A program made the translations under genes and the position numbers. From contig NC_086097.1 in assembly GCF_963921235.1 (NCBI RefSeq), forward strand, positions 39,620,001 through 39,684,000: a DNA stretch of 64,000 bases, given 5' to 3'. This stretch comes from Mobula hypostoma (taxonomy: Eukaryota). Numbering within the stretch: position 1 is the stretch's first letter; each line of letters opens with the position of its first letter. The notes under the pieces were generated by a model. The model searched no databases, had not been told where the DNA came from, and worked only from the letters and a program-made list of their open reading frames with translations. Below, piece after piece: positions 1-11,461 of the stretch.

Positions 1-3000
1 GGGGGACCAATATCCTGGCGGGGAGGTTTGCTAAGGCTACTAGGGAGAGTTTAAACTAGAATTGTTGGGGGGTGGGAACCGAACTGAAGAGACTGGGGAA
101 GAGGAGGTTGGCTGACAAATAAAGAAAGCTTGTAGACAGTGTGAGAGGGAGGATAGGCAGGTGATACAGAAGGGACGTGCTCAGATGGACGGTTTGAGAT
201 GTGTCTATTTTAACGCAAGCAGTGTTGTGAACAAAGCGGATGAGTTTAGAGCGTGGATCAGTAGAATCAGATTTATAGAATACTACAGCACAGAAACAGG
301 CCATTCAGCCCATCTAGTCCATGCCAAACTATTAACTTGCTTAGTCCCATCGATCTGCACCTAGACCATAGCTCTCCATACCCCTTCCAACCATGTACCT
401 TTCCAAATTTTTCCTTAAATGTTGAAATCGAAACTGCAGGCACCATTCTGCTGGCAGCTCATTCCACACTCTCATCACCCTCTGAGTGAAGAGTTCCCCT
501 TAAACATTTCACCTTTCACCCTAAACACACGATTTCTAGTTCAAGTTTCACCCAACCTTAGTGGGATTAAAAAAAAAACGTTTACACTTACCCTATCTAT
601 ACCCCTTACAATTTTTTCCTACCTACATATCTCCCTTATCCCCGAACCTGATTATCCTGGCCTGTTATTCCGATGGGAACATACAAGTTTTGTACTCTCA
701 AAATTTCACTTTTGAAGGCTTCCCACTTACCAAGTACACCTTTGCCAGAAAACAACCTATCCCAATCCACACCTGTCAGATATTTTCTGATGCTATCAAA
801 ATTGCCATTTCTCCAATTTAGAATCTCAACCCCAATACCTTTCTCCACAATTATCTTGAAACTAATGGAATTATGATCACTAGATCCTGAATGTCCCCCT
901 ACTCATGCTCTGTCACTTGCCTTGTCTCATTTCCTAATAGGAGATCTAGTATCACACTCTTTAGTTTGGAACTCTCTGTGTATTGATTAAGGAAAGTCTT
1001 TTGCACAAATTTGATAAACCCTTTCTTATCCAGACCTTTTACAACATCGGGATCCCAGTCAATATTTGGAAAGTTAAAATCAACTTGGAGTTATGATGTG
1101 GTGGCCATTACAGAGACTTGGATGGCTCAGAGACAGGAATGGTTACTTCAGTGCCGGGTTTTAGATGTTTCAGAAAAGACAAGGAGGGAGGCAAAAGAGG
1201 TGGGGGCATGGCACTGTTGATCAGAGATAGTGTCACGGCTGCAGAAAAGGTGGACGCCATGGAGGATTGTCTACGGAGTCTCTGTGGGTGGAGGTTAGGA
1301 ACAGGAAGGGGTCAATAACTTTACTGGGTGTTTTTTATAGGCCACCCAATAGCAACAGGGATATCGAGGAGCAGATAGGGAAACGGATCCTGGAAAGGTG
1401 TAATAATAAAAGAGTTGTCGTGATGGGAGATTTTAATTTACAAATATCGATTGGCATGTCCCTAGAGCAGGGGGTTTAGATGGAGTGGAGTTTGTTAGGT
1501 GTGTTCAGGAAGGTTTCTTGACACAATATGTAGATAAGCCTACAAGAGGAGAGGCTGTACTTGATTTGGTATTGGGAAATGAACCTGTTCAGGTGTCAGA
1601 TCTCTCAGCAGGAGAGCATTTTGGAGATAGTGATCATAATTCTATCTCCTATACAATAGCATTGGAGAGAGATAGGAACAGACACGTTAGAAAAGTGTTT
1701 AATTGGATTAAGGGGAGTTGTGAGGCTATCAGGCAGGAAACTGGAAGCTTAAATTGGAAACAGATGTTCTCAGGGAAAAGTACAGAAGAAATGTGGCAAA
1801 TGTTCAGGGGATATTTGTGTGGAGTTCTGCATAGGTACGTTCCAATGAGACAGGGAAGTTATGGTAGGGAACAGGAACCGTGGTGTACAAAGGCTGTAAT
1901 AAATCTAGTCAAGAAGAAGAGAAAAGCTTACAAAAGGTTCAGTGAGCTAGGTAATGTTAGAGATCTAGAAGATTATAAGGCTAACAGGAAGGAGCTTAAG
2001 AAGGGAAAGTGTGTATGGAACTGTAGGAAATAGCAGAGGTACTTAATGAATACTTTACTTCAGTATTCACTATGGAAAAAGGTCTTGGTGATTGTAGTGA
2101 TGACTAGCAGCAGACTGAAAAGCTTGAGCATGTAGATATTCAGAAAGAAGATGTGCTGGAGCTTTTGGAAAGCATCAAGTTGGATAAGTTACCGGGACTG
2201 GATGAGATGTACCCCAGGCTACCGTGGGAGGCGAGGGAGGAGATTGCTGAGCCTCTGGCGATGATTTTTGCATCATCAATGGGTACGGCAGAGGTTCCGG
2301 AGGATTGGAGGGTTGCGGATGTTGTTCCTTTATTGAAGAAAGGGGGTAGAGATAGCCCAGGAAATTATAGACCAGTGAGTCTTATTGACATTGCTTTGTG
2401 GATCCAGAACTGGCTTGCCCACAGAAGGGAAAGAGTGGTTGTAGACAGGTCATATTCTGCATGGAGGTCGGTCACCAGTGAAGTGCCTCAGGGATCTGTT
2501 CTGGGACCCTTACTCTTCGTATATTTTTTATAAATGACCTGGTTGAGGAAGTGGAGAGATGGGTTACTAAGTTTGCTGATGACACAAAGGTTGGAGGTGT
2601 TGTGATTAGTGTGGAGGGCTGTCATAGGTTACAGCGGGACATTGATAGGATGCAAAACTGGGCTGAGAAGTGGCAGATGGAGTTCAACCCAGATAAGTGT
2701 GAAGTGGTTCATTTTGGTAGGTCAAATATGATGGCAGAATATAGTAATAATGATAAGACTCTTGGCAGTGTGGAGGATCAGGGGGATCTTGGGATCCGAG
2801 TCCATAGGACGCTCAAAGCAACCGTGCAGGTTGACTCTGTGGTTAAGAAGGCGTACAGTGTATTGGCCTTCATCAATTGTGGAATTGAATTTAGGAGCTG
2901 AGAGGTAATGTTGCAGCTGTATAGGACCCTGGTCAGACCCCACTTGGAGTACTGTGCTCAATTCTGGTCGCCTTACTACAGGAATGATGTGGAAGCCATA

Positions 3001-3478
3001 GAAAGGGTGCAGAAGAGATTTACAAGGATGTTGCCTGGATTGGGGAGCATGCCTTATGAGAATAGGTTGAGTGAACTCGGCCTTTTCTCCTTGGAGTGAT
3101 GGAAGATGAGAGGTGACCTGATAGAGGTGTATCAGATGATGAGAGGCATTGATCGTATGGATAGTCAGAGGCTTTTTCCCAGGGCTGAAATGGTTGTCAC
3201 AAGAGGGCACAGATTAAAGTTGCTGGGGTGTAGATACAGAGGAGATGTCAGGGGTAAGTTTTTTACTGAGAGAGTGGTGAGTGCGTGGAATGGGCTGCCG
3301 TCAACAGTGGTGGAGGTGGATACAACAGGGTCTTTTAAGAGACTTTTGGATAGGTACATGGAGCTTAGAAAAATAGAGGGCTATAGGTAAGCCTAGTAAT
3401 TTCTAAGGTAGGGACATGTTCAGCACAACTTTGTGGGCCAAAGGGCCTGTATCGTGCTGTAGGTTTTCTATGTTTCTA
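1..3478 (+). mobile_element. CR1 LINE, 3' part (end of ORF1, decayed EN-RT ORF2, 3' UTR), interrupted at about 264-1083
   Basis: 3-59 reads GTNILAGRFAKATRESLN* (CR1 ORF1 esterase-like end). ORF fragments carry APE motifs (YFNASS, AITETW, GDFN, SDHNSI), RT motifs (PQGSVLGP, FADDTK) and the CR1 C-terminus (RPHLEYCAQFWSP, RGDLIEVY). Ends in a TTCTATGT-type tail near 3466-3478. Has stops, frameshifts and two internal deletions (about 2003 and 2385). Confidence 0.93.
264..1083 (-). mobile_element. Antisense CR1-family fragments (3' end about 264-610; endonuclease-region piece about 690-1080) inserted in the first CR1
   Basis: Host reads GCGTGGATCAGTA (to 263) and resumes CTTGGAGTTATGAT (1084). 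Minus ORF 636-848 (LNWRNGNFDSIRKYLTGVDW) resembles CR1 ORF2 downstream of the endonuclease. Confidence 0.75.
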
Positions 3479-3744
3479 ACACTGTTCTGTTGCCTCCTGG
3501 GAACCCACCAATGGACAACCCCTTGGGAGAACATCATGCATGATTTGAGTGAAAAAAAATGTAGGCGGAAGCTGCAGCGTTTGTAAATTTCAAAAAGAAA
3601 TTAGTAATTGAAAGAAAAAACACTCAAGTCTGGGGAGGTAAAATAAGGGAATGTGACAATGGATGGGTTTACCAAAGAGCTGACACAGACATAACAGACC
3701 TAATGGCTTCCTTCTATTTGAGTCATTTTATGATTCTATATTGC

Positions 3745-4115
3745 TAAAAATGTTTATTATAGCCACACGTACCAAAGAACAGTACAAAACTAATCTTGCA
3801 TACCATCCATACAGATCAGTTAATTACAATGGTGTATTGAGATAGCACAGATAAAACAATAACGGACTGTAGAATAAAGTTTTACAGTACAGAGAAAGGG
3901 CAGGCGGAAGGTAAGTTGCAAGGTCACAATGAAGTGGGTTGTAAGATCGAGGATCTGTTCAATAGTTTTAGAACTGTAGGATGGAAGCTATCCTTGAACC
4001 CGGTGATATGAGCTTTCAGGCTTTTCTATCTTCCGCTTGATGGGAGTGGGAGAGAGGAGGGAATGTCGAGGGTGGGTGGGATCTTGGATTATTCTGGCTG
4101 CTTTACTGAGGCTGA
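3745..4115 (-). mobile_element. Rex1/Babar-like LINE 3' end fragment
   Basis: Shares the TTTATTAT..CAC..GTACCA 3' UTR and C-terminal coding remnant with copies at about 8020-8320 and 38520-39000. Confidence 0.55.
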
Positions 4116-4534
4116 TGGCCTCATTTCTGATCTAACAGGATGTCCTTTTATTCTGAGGCTGTACTCTTTGGTCCTAGACTTTCCCCCTACTGGAAACATC
4201 TTCTCCACAAACTCTCTATCTGGCCTTTTCTATATTTGGTATGTTTATTTTTAAACATAATTTTCACAAGTTTTATGTAATTAGGATCCTGTGATTGCCT
4301 ATCATTTAGTGCACAAAATAAGGATGATATCTAATTTCAAGGTAATTCTGCCTCTGAAAATTGCTTGTATTGAAGTCGGTGAAATGCACCTATGTTACAA
4401 TATCATGTGTTGAGCATGAGAATGAAACTTAACTAATTTCTTCTCACTATGTCTTATTTGAGACTAAAATATTTTCTTGTTTTGACCTCCACTTTTGCTC
4501 CCTCAGTCCAAGTTAAATGGCTATTCTACTTTTA

Positions 4535-4748
4535 CAAACTCCATTTCCAGAAAAGTTGGGATATTTTGCAAAACGCAATAAAAACAAAAATCTGTGATAT
4601 GTTAATTCACGTGAACCTTTATTTAACTGACAAAAGTACAAAGAAAAGATTTTCAATAGTTTTACTGACCAACTTAATTGTATTTTGTAAACATACACAA
4701 ATTTAGAATTTGATGGCTGCAACACACTCAACAAAAGTTGGGACAGAG
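4535..4748. repeat. Left terminal inverted repeat of Tc1 element
   Basis: Reverse complement of 5925-6138 with scattered substitutions. AAAAGTTGGGA occurs at both the outer and inner ends of the repeat. Confidence 0.95.
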
Positions 4749-4754
4749 GCATGT

Positions 4755-5777
4755 TTACCATTGTGTTACATCACCTTTCCTTTTAATAACACTTTTTAAT
4801 CATTTTGGAACTGGGGATACTAATTGTAGTAGATTTGCAATTGGAAATTTTGTCCATTCTTGCTTGATATAAGACTTCAGCTGCTCAACAGTCCGTGGTC
4901 TCCGTTGTCTGATTCTCCTCTTCATGATGCACCATACATTTTCAATAGGAGATAGATCTGGACTGGCAGCAGGCCAGTCAAGCACACGCACTCTGTGTCT
5001 ACAAAGCCACTCTGTTGTAGCCCGTGCAGAATGTGGTCTGGCATTGTCCTGCTGAAATAAGCATGGACGTCCCAGGAAGAGACGTCGCCTTGATGGCAAC
5101 ATATGTCTCTCTAAAATCCTAATATACGTCTCAGAGTCAGTGGTACCTTCACATACATGCAACTCACCCATGCCGTGGGCACTGATGCACCCCCATACCA
5201 TCACAGGTGCTGGCTTTTGCACCTTTTGCTGATAACAATCTGGACGGTCGTTTTCATCTTTGGCATGGAGAACTGGACGCCCGTTTTTTCTGAAAACTAG
5301 CTGAAATCTGGACTCATCTGACCACAGCACACGGTTCCACAGTCTTTTGGTCCACTTGAGATGAGCTCGGGCCCAGAGAACTCGCCGGCGTTTCTGCATA
5401 GAGTTGATGTATGGCTTCCTCTTTGCGTAATACAGTTTCAAGTGGCATTTCTGGATGCAGCGACGGACTGTGTTGAGTGACAATGGTTTTCCGAAGTACT
5501 CCCGAGCCCAGGTGGCTATAATTGTCACAGTAGCATGACGGTTTCTTAGGCAGTGCCGCCTGAGGGCTCGAAGATCACGCGCATTCAACAGTGGTTTCCA
5601 ACCTTGCCCTTTACGCACTGAGATGTCTCTGAATTCTCTGAATCTTTTCACAATATTATGTACTGTAGATGTTGAAAGACTTAAATTCTCTGCAATCTTG
5701 CGTTGAGAAATGTTCCTTTTAAACTGACTAACAATTCTCTCACGAATTTTGGCACAAAGGGGTGAGCCACGACCCAT
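4755..5777 (-). pseudogene. Tc1 transposase (340 codons) with one premature TGA at 4800-4802
   Basis: ATG at 5777 (MGRGSPL...), paired-like HTH N-terminus, WSDESRF, FQQDNARPH, SPDLSPIENVW with 34 residues between the second D and the E. After ...VSPVPK* the frame continues LKSVIKRKGDVTQW* to TAA at 4755-4757. Confidence 0.93.
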
Positions 5778-5924
5778 CCTTGCTTGCAAAGACTGAGCCT
5801 TTGATGGAGGTTACTTTTATACCCAGTCATGATACCTCACCTGCTACCAATTAGTCTGCTTAATGTGGAGTCTTCCAAACCGGTGTTACTTGAACATTCT
5901 GTGCACTTTTCAATCTTATTTTAA

Positions 5925-6138
5925 CTCTGTCCCAACTTTTGTTGAGTGTGTTGCAGCCATCAAATTCTAAATTTGTGTATATTTACAAAATACAATTAAG
6001 TTGGTCAGTAGAACTATTGAAAACCGTTTCTTTGTACTTTTGTCAGTTAAATAAAGGTTCACGTGAATTAACATATCACAGATTTTTGTTTTTATTGCAT
6101 TTTGGAAAATAGCCCGACTTCTCTGGAAATGGGGTTTG
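5925..6138. repeat. Right terminal inverted repeat of Tc1 element
   Basis: CTCTGTCCCAACTTTT...GGAAATGGGGTTTG followed by TA. Confidence 0.95.
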
Positions 6139-6931
6139 TACATCATCCTTGCCTTTAACTATCTTAAATATCTAAAAATGACAAGTAATATTGAAGCAAA
6201 CTGCAGAGACTTCCATGGATATATAAATAAGAGGGTAACTGGAGTAGGTTTGAGGATCAGAGTAAAGCACAACTTTTTTTGTTCTTATTTTAAACAGCTG
6301 CACCTTTTCCCCCACCCATGTCTGCAGCACTGTAGCATCTCCACTCCAACTTGGTCCTTTCCTACCCTTTCAATTCCTCCTCAGAGTCTTAAAACATGCA
6401 TTGGCCGGGGTTAGTCATTTCTAAGTCTTGGCCATTGACAGTATCTTTTGAATGAGGTTTGGAATGGGAATTGGTTTATTATTGTCAAGTGTAACAAAAT
6501 CCTGTGAGAAACCTAGTTTTGCAAGTCGTGCGTACATTTTATTTCAAAACACGAGGCATTGAATTATACCAAGGAAAAGCCATAATGAATGCAAGATATA
6601 GGTCAAACTATAAAGGTGAAAAGATGATGAGATAATTTTCCTTGCCAAACAATTCAGGTAGAGCCTGGAGATTTTGGTAGTGGCTGTTTTTTTTTAATTG
6701 TTGACATAATTTTGGCAAATACTGACTTTGAACTAGATTTTTTAACTGAGAGTTATACCTGGAATTCAGATGTCCCAACAGAAATGTCCTGGATTGCACA
6801 TTAATACAGTATATGACCAAGAGCACAGCAGATCTTGCAATTGGTTTATTATTGTCACATGTTCTGGTTTAAGATGGTGCTGGTGTTGCCAGTGACTATC
6901 TGTCAGCAGCAAACAAAACAATGAAAACTAC

Positions 6932-7343
6932 GAAATGTCAACTGTACCTCATCCTATAGATGCTGCCTGGCCTGCTGCGTTCCACCAGCATTTTTTGTGT
7001 GTGTTGCTTGAATTTCCAGCATCTGCAGATTTCCTCGTGTCTGCGTTTTTAAATTCACTACTGCGAAGCCTCTTCCAGTGATGCCTACACTGAAGAAGTT
7101 TAGATCTTTTCTTCGACGGATCTCTTTTGCCAATCAACTTTCCAGCCCTTAGATCCACCCCTTCCCTCCTGTCTTCTACTATCATTTTGGAATCCCTCCC
7201 TCCCCCTCCTACTTTTGAATCTCTTACTATCTCTTCTTTCAGTTAGTCCTGATGACGGGTCTTGGCCTGAAACGTGGACTGTACCTCTTCCTATAGATGC
7301 TGCCTGGCCTGCTGCGTTCCACCAGCATTTTTTGTGTGTGTTG
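6932..7343 (+). mobile_element. Non-coding mini Penelope-like element with tandem pseudo-LTR ends
   Basis: 12-bp direct repeat AATGAAAACTAC at 6920-6931 and 7344-7355. Terminal block CCTATAGATGCTGCCTGGCCTGCTGCGTTCCACCAGC... occurs twice (about 6953-7006 and 7290-7343) and matches the 3' end of the PLE at 24926-26609. Confidence 0.85.
7245..7280 (+). ncRNA. Minimal hammerhead ribozyme motif, cleavage triplet mutated (GUG)
   Basis: AGTC CTGATGA CGGGTCTTGGCCT GAAA CG TG GACT: stem I AGTC/GACT, both core boxes present, G at position 17. Confidence 0.65.
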
Positions 7344-8454
7344 AATGAAAACTACTAAATACCTTAACACTTCATTGTTAGCAGTGATCTTTATTAATGG
7401 AGAGGCAGGGTTGAGGCAGGGTTGAGGCAGAGGCTGGATCAAAGCAGAGTTAAAACATCCCCAAGAGCTAGGAAAGACCCAATGTTTGATTGATTTAAGT
7501 GCCGGGCCAACTTGGAAAGGTTGGGCTTGGGCTAAATTGAGGCAGCGATGTCCAGGCCCCAGAGGGGAACAACCTGGATGATTTAAGATTTAGAAAAGTC
7601 ATAGTATTGGGACCGGAGCTGAGGGATGGGTTGGTTCTGCTTGTGATCCATGACATTTACTCAGCTCTGCACTGAACTGAGGCTGTGGTCTCCAGGTGCA
7701 GTGATGCCTGGCTTTTGCGTCTGTGGTCTAGCAATGTTTACTCTGCTCTGTGATAAACTGGTCCTGTGGCCTGCTCCAGTTGCAGTAATGCCTGGCTTCG
7801 CGTCGTTCGTAAAATTTCAGTTCTGAATGCCATTTGCCTACTTTTATTGTTTACAGGATTTGTGTTTTTTTTTCTCTCTGCACATTCAGTGTTCGATGGT
7901 CCAAGTTTTTCATGGGTTCTTTTGGGGTTTCTTTGTTTTGTGGCTGCATGTAAGACAAATCTCAAGGTTGTATAATGTATATATACTTTGTTAACAAATG
8001 TCATTTAACTTTGAACAAGATAAGAAAAGCTTGTCTTGCGTACTGTTCATACAGGTCGTATCATTACACCGTGCACTAGTCAAAATAATAACAGAATGCA
8101 GAATAAGATGTTACAGTTATAGAGAGGGTGCAGTGCAGGTAGACAATAAGGTGTGAGGTCATGACAAGGTAATATGTGAGGTCAAGGGTCTATCTTATTG
8201 TACTGGAGGACCATTCCATTGACCTATGACAGTGGGGTAGAAGCTGTCCTGGAGCCTGCTGGTACATGCTTTCAGACTTTTGTATCTTTTGCCAGATGGG
8301 AGAAGCATGCCGACAGGGTGGTTAACTCACTAGAATAATGGCCAAAAGACCTGGTGCTGTTGATCTTCAGGCAGGAGTTTAAATTAAATCACAGCGGATG
8401 GGGAATTAAAAATTTGATAACTAGTCCTCAATTTTAAACAATATCAATGATTTA

Positions 8455-8662
8455 TAAGCAAAGCGATTCTGCAGATGCTGGAAATCTTGAACAACACATG
8501 CAAAGTATTAGAGGAACTCAGCAAGTAAGGCAGCATCTATGGAGAGAAGTAGACCGTCGACATTTCCGTAAGAGTTTTAGCCTGAAACTTCAACTGTTTA
8601 CTCCCCTCCATAGATGCTGCCTGACCTGCTGATTTTCTCCAGCATTTAGTGTGCGTTACTCA
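8455..8662. mobile_element. Old inverted pair of Penelope-like tails (degraded foldback)
   Basis: GGAACTCAGCAAGTAAGGCAGCATCTATGGAG ... CTCCATAGATGCTGCCTGACCTGCTGA in inverted orientation around a degenerate ribozyme region. Confidence 0.7.
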
Positions 8663-9794
8663 ATATCAGCTGTGGTCACCATGAGATCTCAGGATCATTT
8701 TGAGGATTACTAATCATTAATTTTCTTTCGTCATGAAATCAGCAGTGAATGCAAAACAATGTGGCTGGGTTGGATTTTCTTTTCTACTGCTGATTTGCAT
8801 ATTGCTTAAAGCCCTAATGTCTGTTACGATTAAAACTAATAACCATTCTACTTCCTAAAGTGGTAATTGGTTTTGAAATTACAGGGGCATTTGCAGAGCC
8901 AAACACTGCTGATGGTAAAGTTCCTTTTTCTTGACAGAGGTAAGCACACGACCTCACGCCATGTTTGCGGCTAGGAACTGACGTTGTTATCTTATACCAT
9001 TCTCTGACTACAAGACTGCAAGGCATCACCAGTGTTATGACAGAATCAGTTGATACCATCTTACCTGCTCTATTATCTCTTGCAGTCTGAAAACAATGGC
9101 AGCATCAAAAATATTACCACAAGCAAACACCAAAGAAAGGTCTTCTCAGACAATGTCGTGAGCCCTGTAGGCCTTTGCGGGTTGCCATAGAATGCCGATC
9201 TTCTAGGTTTCTTGAGCACTTGTATTTACTTGCTGTGTTATAGAGAATGATTTATCTCGCAGTATCACTCAGTTGTCCCTCCAAGGCTCTGCTGGCATTT
9301 CTATGCCTAACCTCTACTTTCAGTCTCTTCATGGGTATTCTGCTGCTCCTCCACTCCTGGGTTGAGTCATGAGCTTGCTGTCCATGCTGCTGGGCTGATC
9401 AGGTGCCAGTGACCACCGTGACAGAGAGTCTGCTATTCCTCCACACTCGGATACGGTTCTGCGAGTGTGCACCATGACTGACAGTGTCTCAGAGACAGTC
9501 TGATGACTCCTAACCAACATGAACGATGGAGTGTCCACTTTCCATATTCCCCCTTCTACCTTGACATCCACATAATTAAAATCACTGGAAACGCCACAGG
9601 AAATCACTGTACAACTTATGAATTAGGACCAAGTGGATAACTGACCCTTCTGTGAGAAACCTTTTAATAAAAGTGACTGATTCGATTCTAAATTCAATTC
9701 CACATTCTGGTCCACCTCCAATAGCTTTTTGTTCCCTTTCTCATCCTGTTTCTATTTACCTGTGCCTCAAAATACTTTCACTGCCTTTTGAGTA

Positions 9795-10465
9795 GACAGA
9801 TGGACAGATAGATACATTATTGATCCCAAAGGAAATTACAGTGTCACAGCAGCATTACAAATGCACAAATATACAAAATTTAGAAGAGATGCAAGAAAGA
9901 ATAAAAAAAAACAAGTTGCCTCAAACAGTCTAACAGGATGGAGTCACCACTTCCCCGGCTAAAGGTTGACTCCTTGTACCCTAATGGCTGAGGGTAAGAA
10001 TAACCTCACATAGCGCTCTTCAGAGCAGCACAGTTGTCTTAGTCCATTACTAAATGTTCTCCTCTGTTCAGCCAAGGTGGCATGAGAGAGTGAGAAACAT
10101 TGTTCAGAATTGCCAGGGTTTTCTGGAGGGCCTCCAGTGTGTCCAGTTTGACTCCTATAACGGAGCCAGTCTTTCTAATCAGTTTGTTGAACCTTTTGGC
10201 ATCACCTGTGTCGATGCCTTTGCCCAAGCACACCATCCCATAGAAGATTGTATTGGCAACAACAAACTGGTAGAACATGTGAAGGAGAGGCCTGCCTACT
10301 CCAAAGGACCTCAATGTCCTCAGGAAGTAGAGGCGACTCTGGCCCTTCTTGTACACAGCTTCTGTGTTAGTGCTCCACTCAAGTCTGTCATCCAAGGTGC
10401 ACCCCCAAGTACTTTTAGGTCCTCACCATCAACAGGGAGCAGCGCAGGGTTAGTCTTCCTTAGTA
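9795..10465 (-). mobile_element. Rex1/Babar-like LINE 3' fragment
   Basis: ORF 10039-10395 LEWSTNTEAVYKKGQSRLYFLRTLRSF is the typical C-terminus. Short tandem (TCTA/TCTG) tail near 9795-9815. Confidence 0.8.
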
Positions 10466-10559
10466 GTCTAACTTAGTAGCAGGAGTTCCAAAGAATCACA
10501 AGCTTCTGAGAGCAAAAAAAAAGTTGCCCCAGGAAATTGGGATGTCCAGCAATTAGCCA

Positions 10560-11200
10560 ATAGCCAAGACAAGTGTGGATTTTTTGACGTTGTCAAGGCT
10601 AGATGCCAAGGGTCCTCACAACTGAGAACTGGAACCAAAGGTAAACTTATCAAAGATCGAGCAGTTGGTGTTTATTGGAAGGAACATTTTCAATGCTTCA
10701 TGAATGCTCTTGGCTACATTCCATTACAAAGAGGGTTGTGATTGAATTAATGATGTCTAATAATATGCTAGTATAATTGTAGCTGCTCTAACTTGATGTG
10801 ATGCACTTGACTCCATTTTCTAACGACTTATTTTCACCTCTGACAAGAAACTGACAAACTTTCACGTGTCAGATGAGAAGCGACAAGCCCTTAGCACCAA
10901 CTGGCCCCTTCTGAAGCTCTGAAGCCTCACTGGGAGAAGCTTCAGTCATGAACTGACAACCACATCTCCCATGTCTGGGAAGAGAAAGATATGCTGGAAG
11001 ATCTCAGAGATATTGTAATACAACCATCTTCAAGGGAGAAGGCAGGTGCAATTGTAGTAAATACAGAGATGTCTTCCTGCTGTCTACCATGTGAGCGCTT
11101 CCTGCTTTCCACCACTTCCTTCTAGTAGTTTAGAATTGCTTCCTCAGTTGTATAGTGGATTCTGTCCATTGAAAAGAACTAATAATCCAAGTATCTACTC
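10560..11200 (+). mobile_element. Highly degraded LINE fragment, probably RTE clade
   Basis: Patchy remnants only (e.g. RWKEHFQCFMN-like at 10675-10705; TIFKGEGR.NCSKYRDVFLLS-like at 11020-11090). Confidence 0.4.
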
Positions 11201-11461
11201 TTTGATATAGAGTCACTAGGCACTACAGTGCAGAAACAGGCTCTTCCACCCACCTAATCTCTATTGACCTGTTTTTCTATTCAGTCCCATCTACCTGCAC
11301 TCAGACCATAGCCATCCATACCCCTCCCATCCATGTTTCTGTCCAAAACTCACTTAAATGTTGCATTTGGACCTGCACCTACCACTTCCACTGACAGCTT
11401 CATCAACACTCGCACCACTCTGAGTGAAGACGTCCCCCTGAAATAGTTCACCATTCACCCT

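Larger units (their letters stand above)
4535..6138 (-). mobile_element. Tc1/mariner DNA transposon (Tc1, DD34E, IR/DR type), full length 1604 bp
   Basis: TA at 4533-4534 and 6139-6140. Inverted repeats 4535-4748 and 5925-6138 (214 bp each) starting CAAACTCCATTTCCAGAAAAGTTGGG. Transposase ORF lies between them. Confidence 0.97.
6866..8016 (+). mobile_element. Candidate non-autonomous retroelement with Rex1-like 3' tail, inserted in an antisense Rex 3' end (about 6835-8320)
   Basis: Starts near AAGATGG, ends TTTAACTTTGAAC. 7770-8016 resembles the reverse complement of 21163-21470. The two flanks rejoin into the Rex-type UTR seen at 38940-39000. Confidence 0.5.

Noticed and set aside
2722..3210. 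162-aa minus-strand ORF
   Set aside because: Antisense shadow of CR1 ORF2; similar shadows recur at other CR1 copies.
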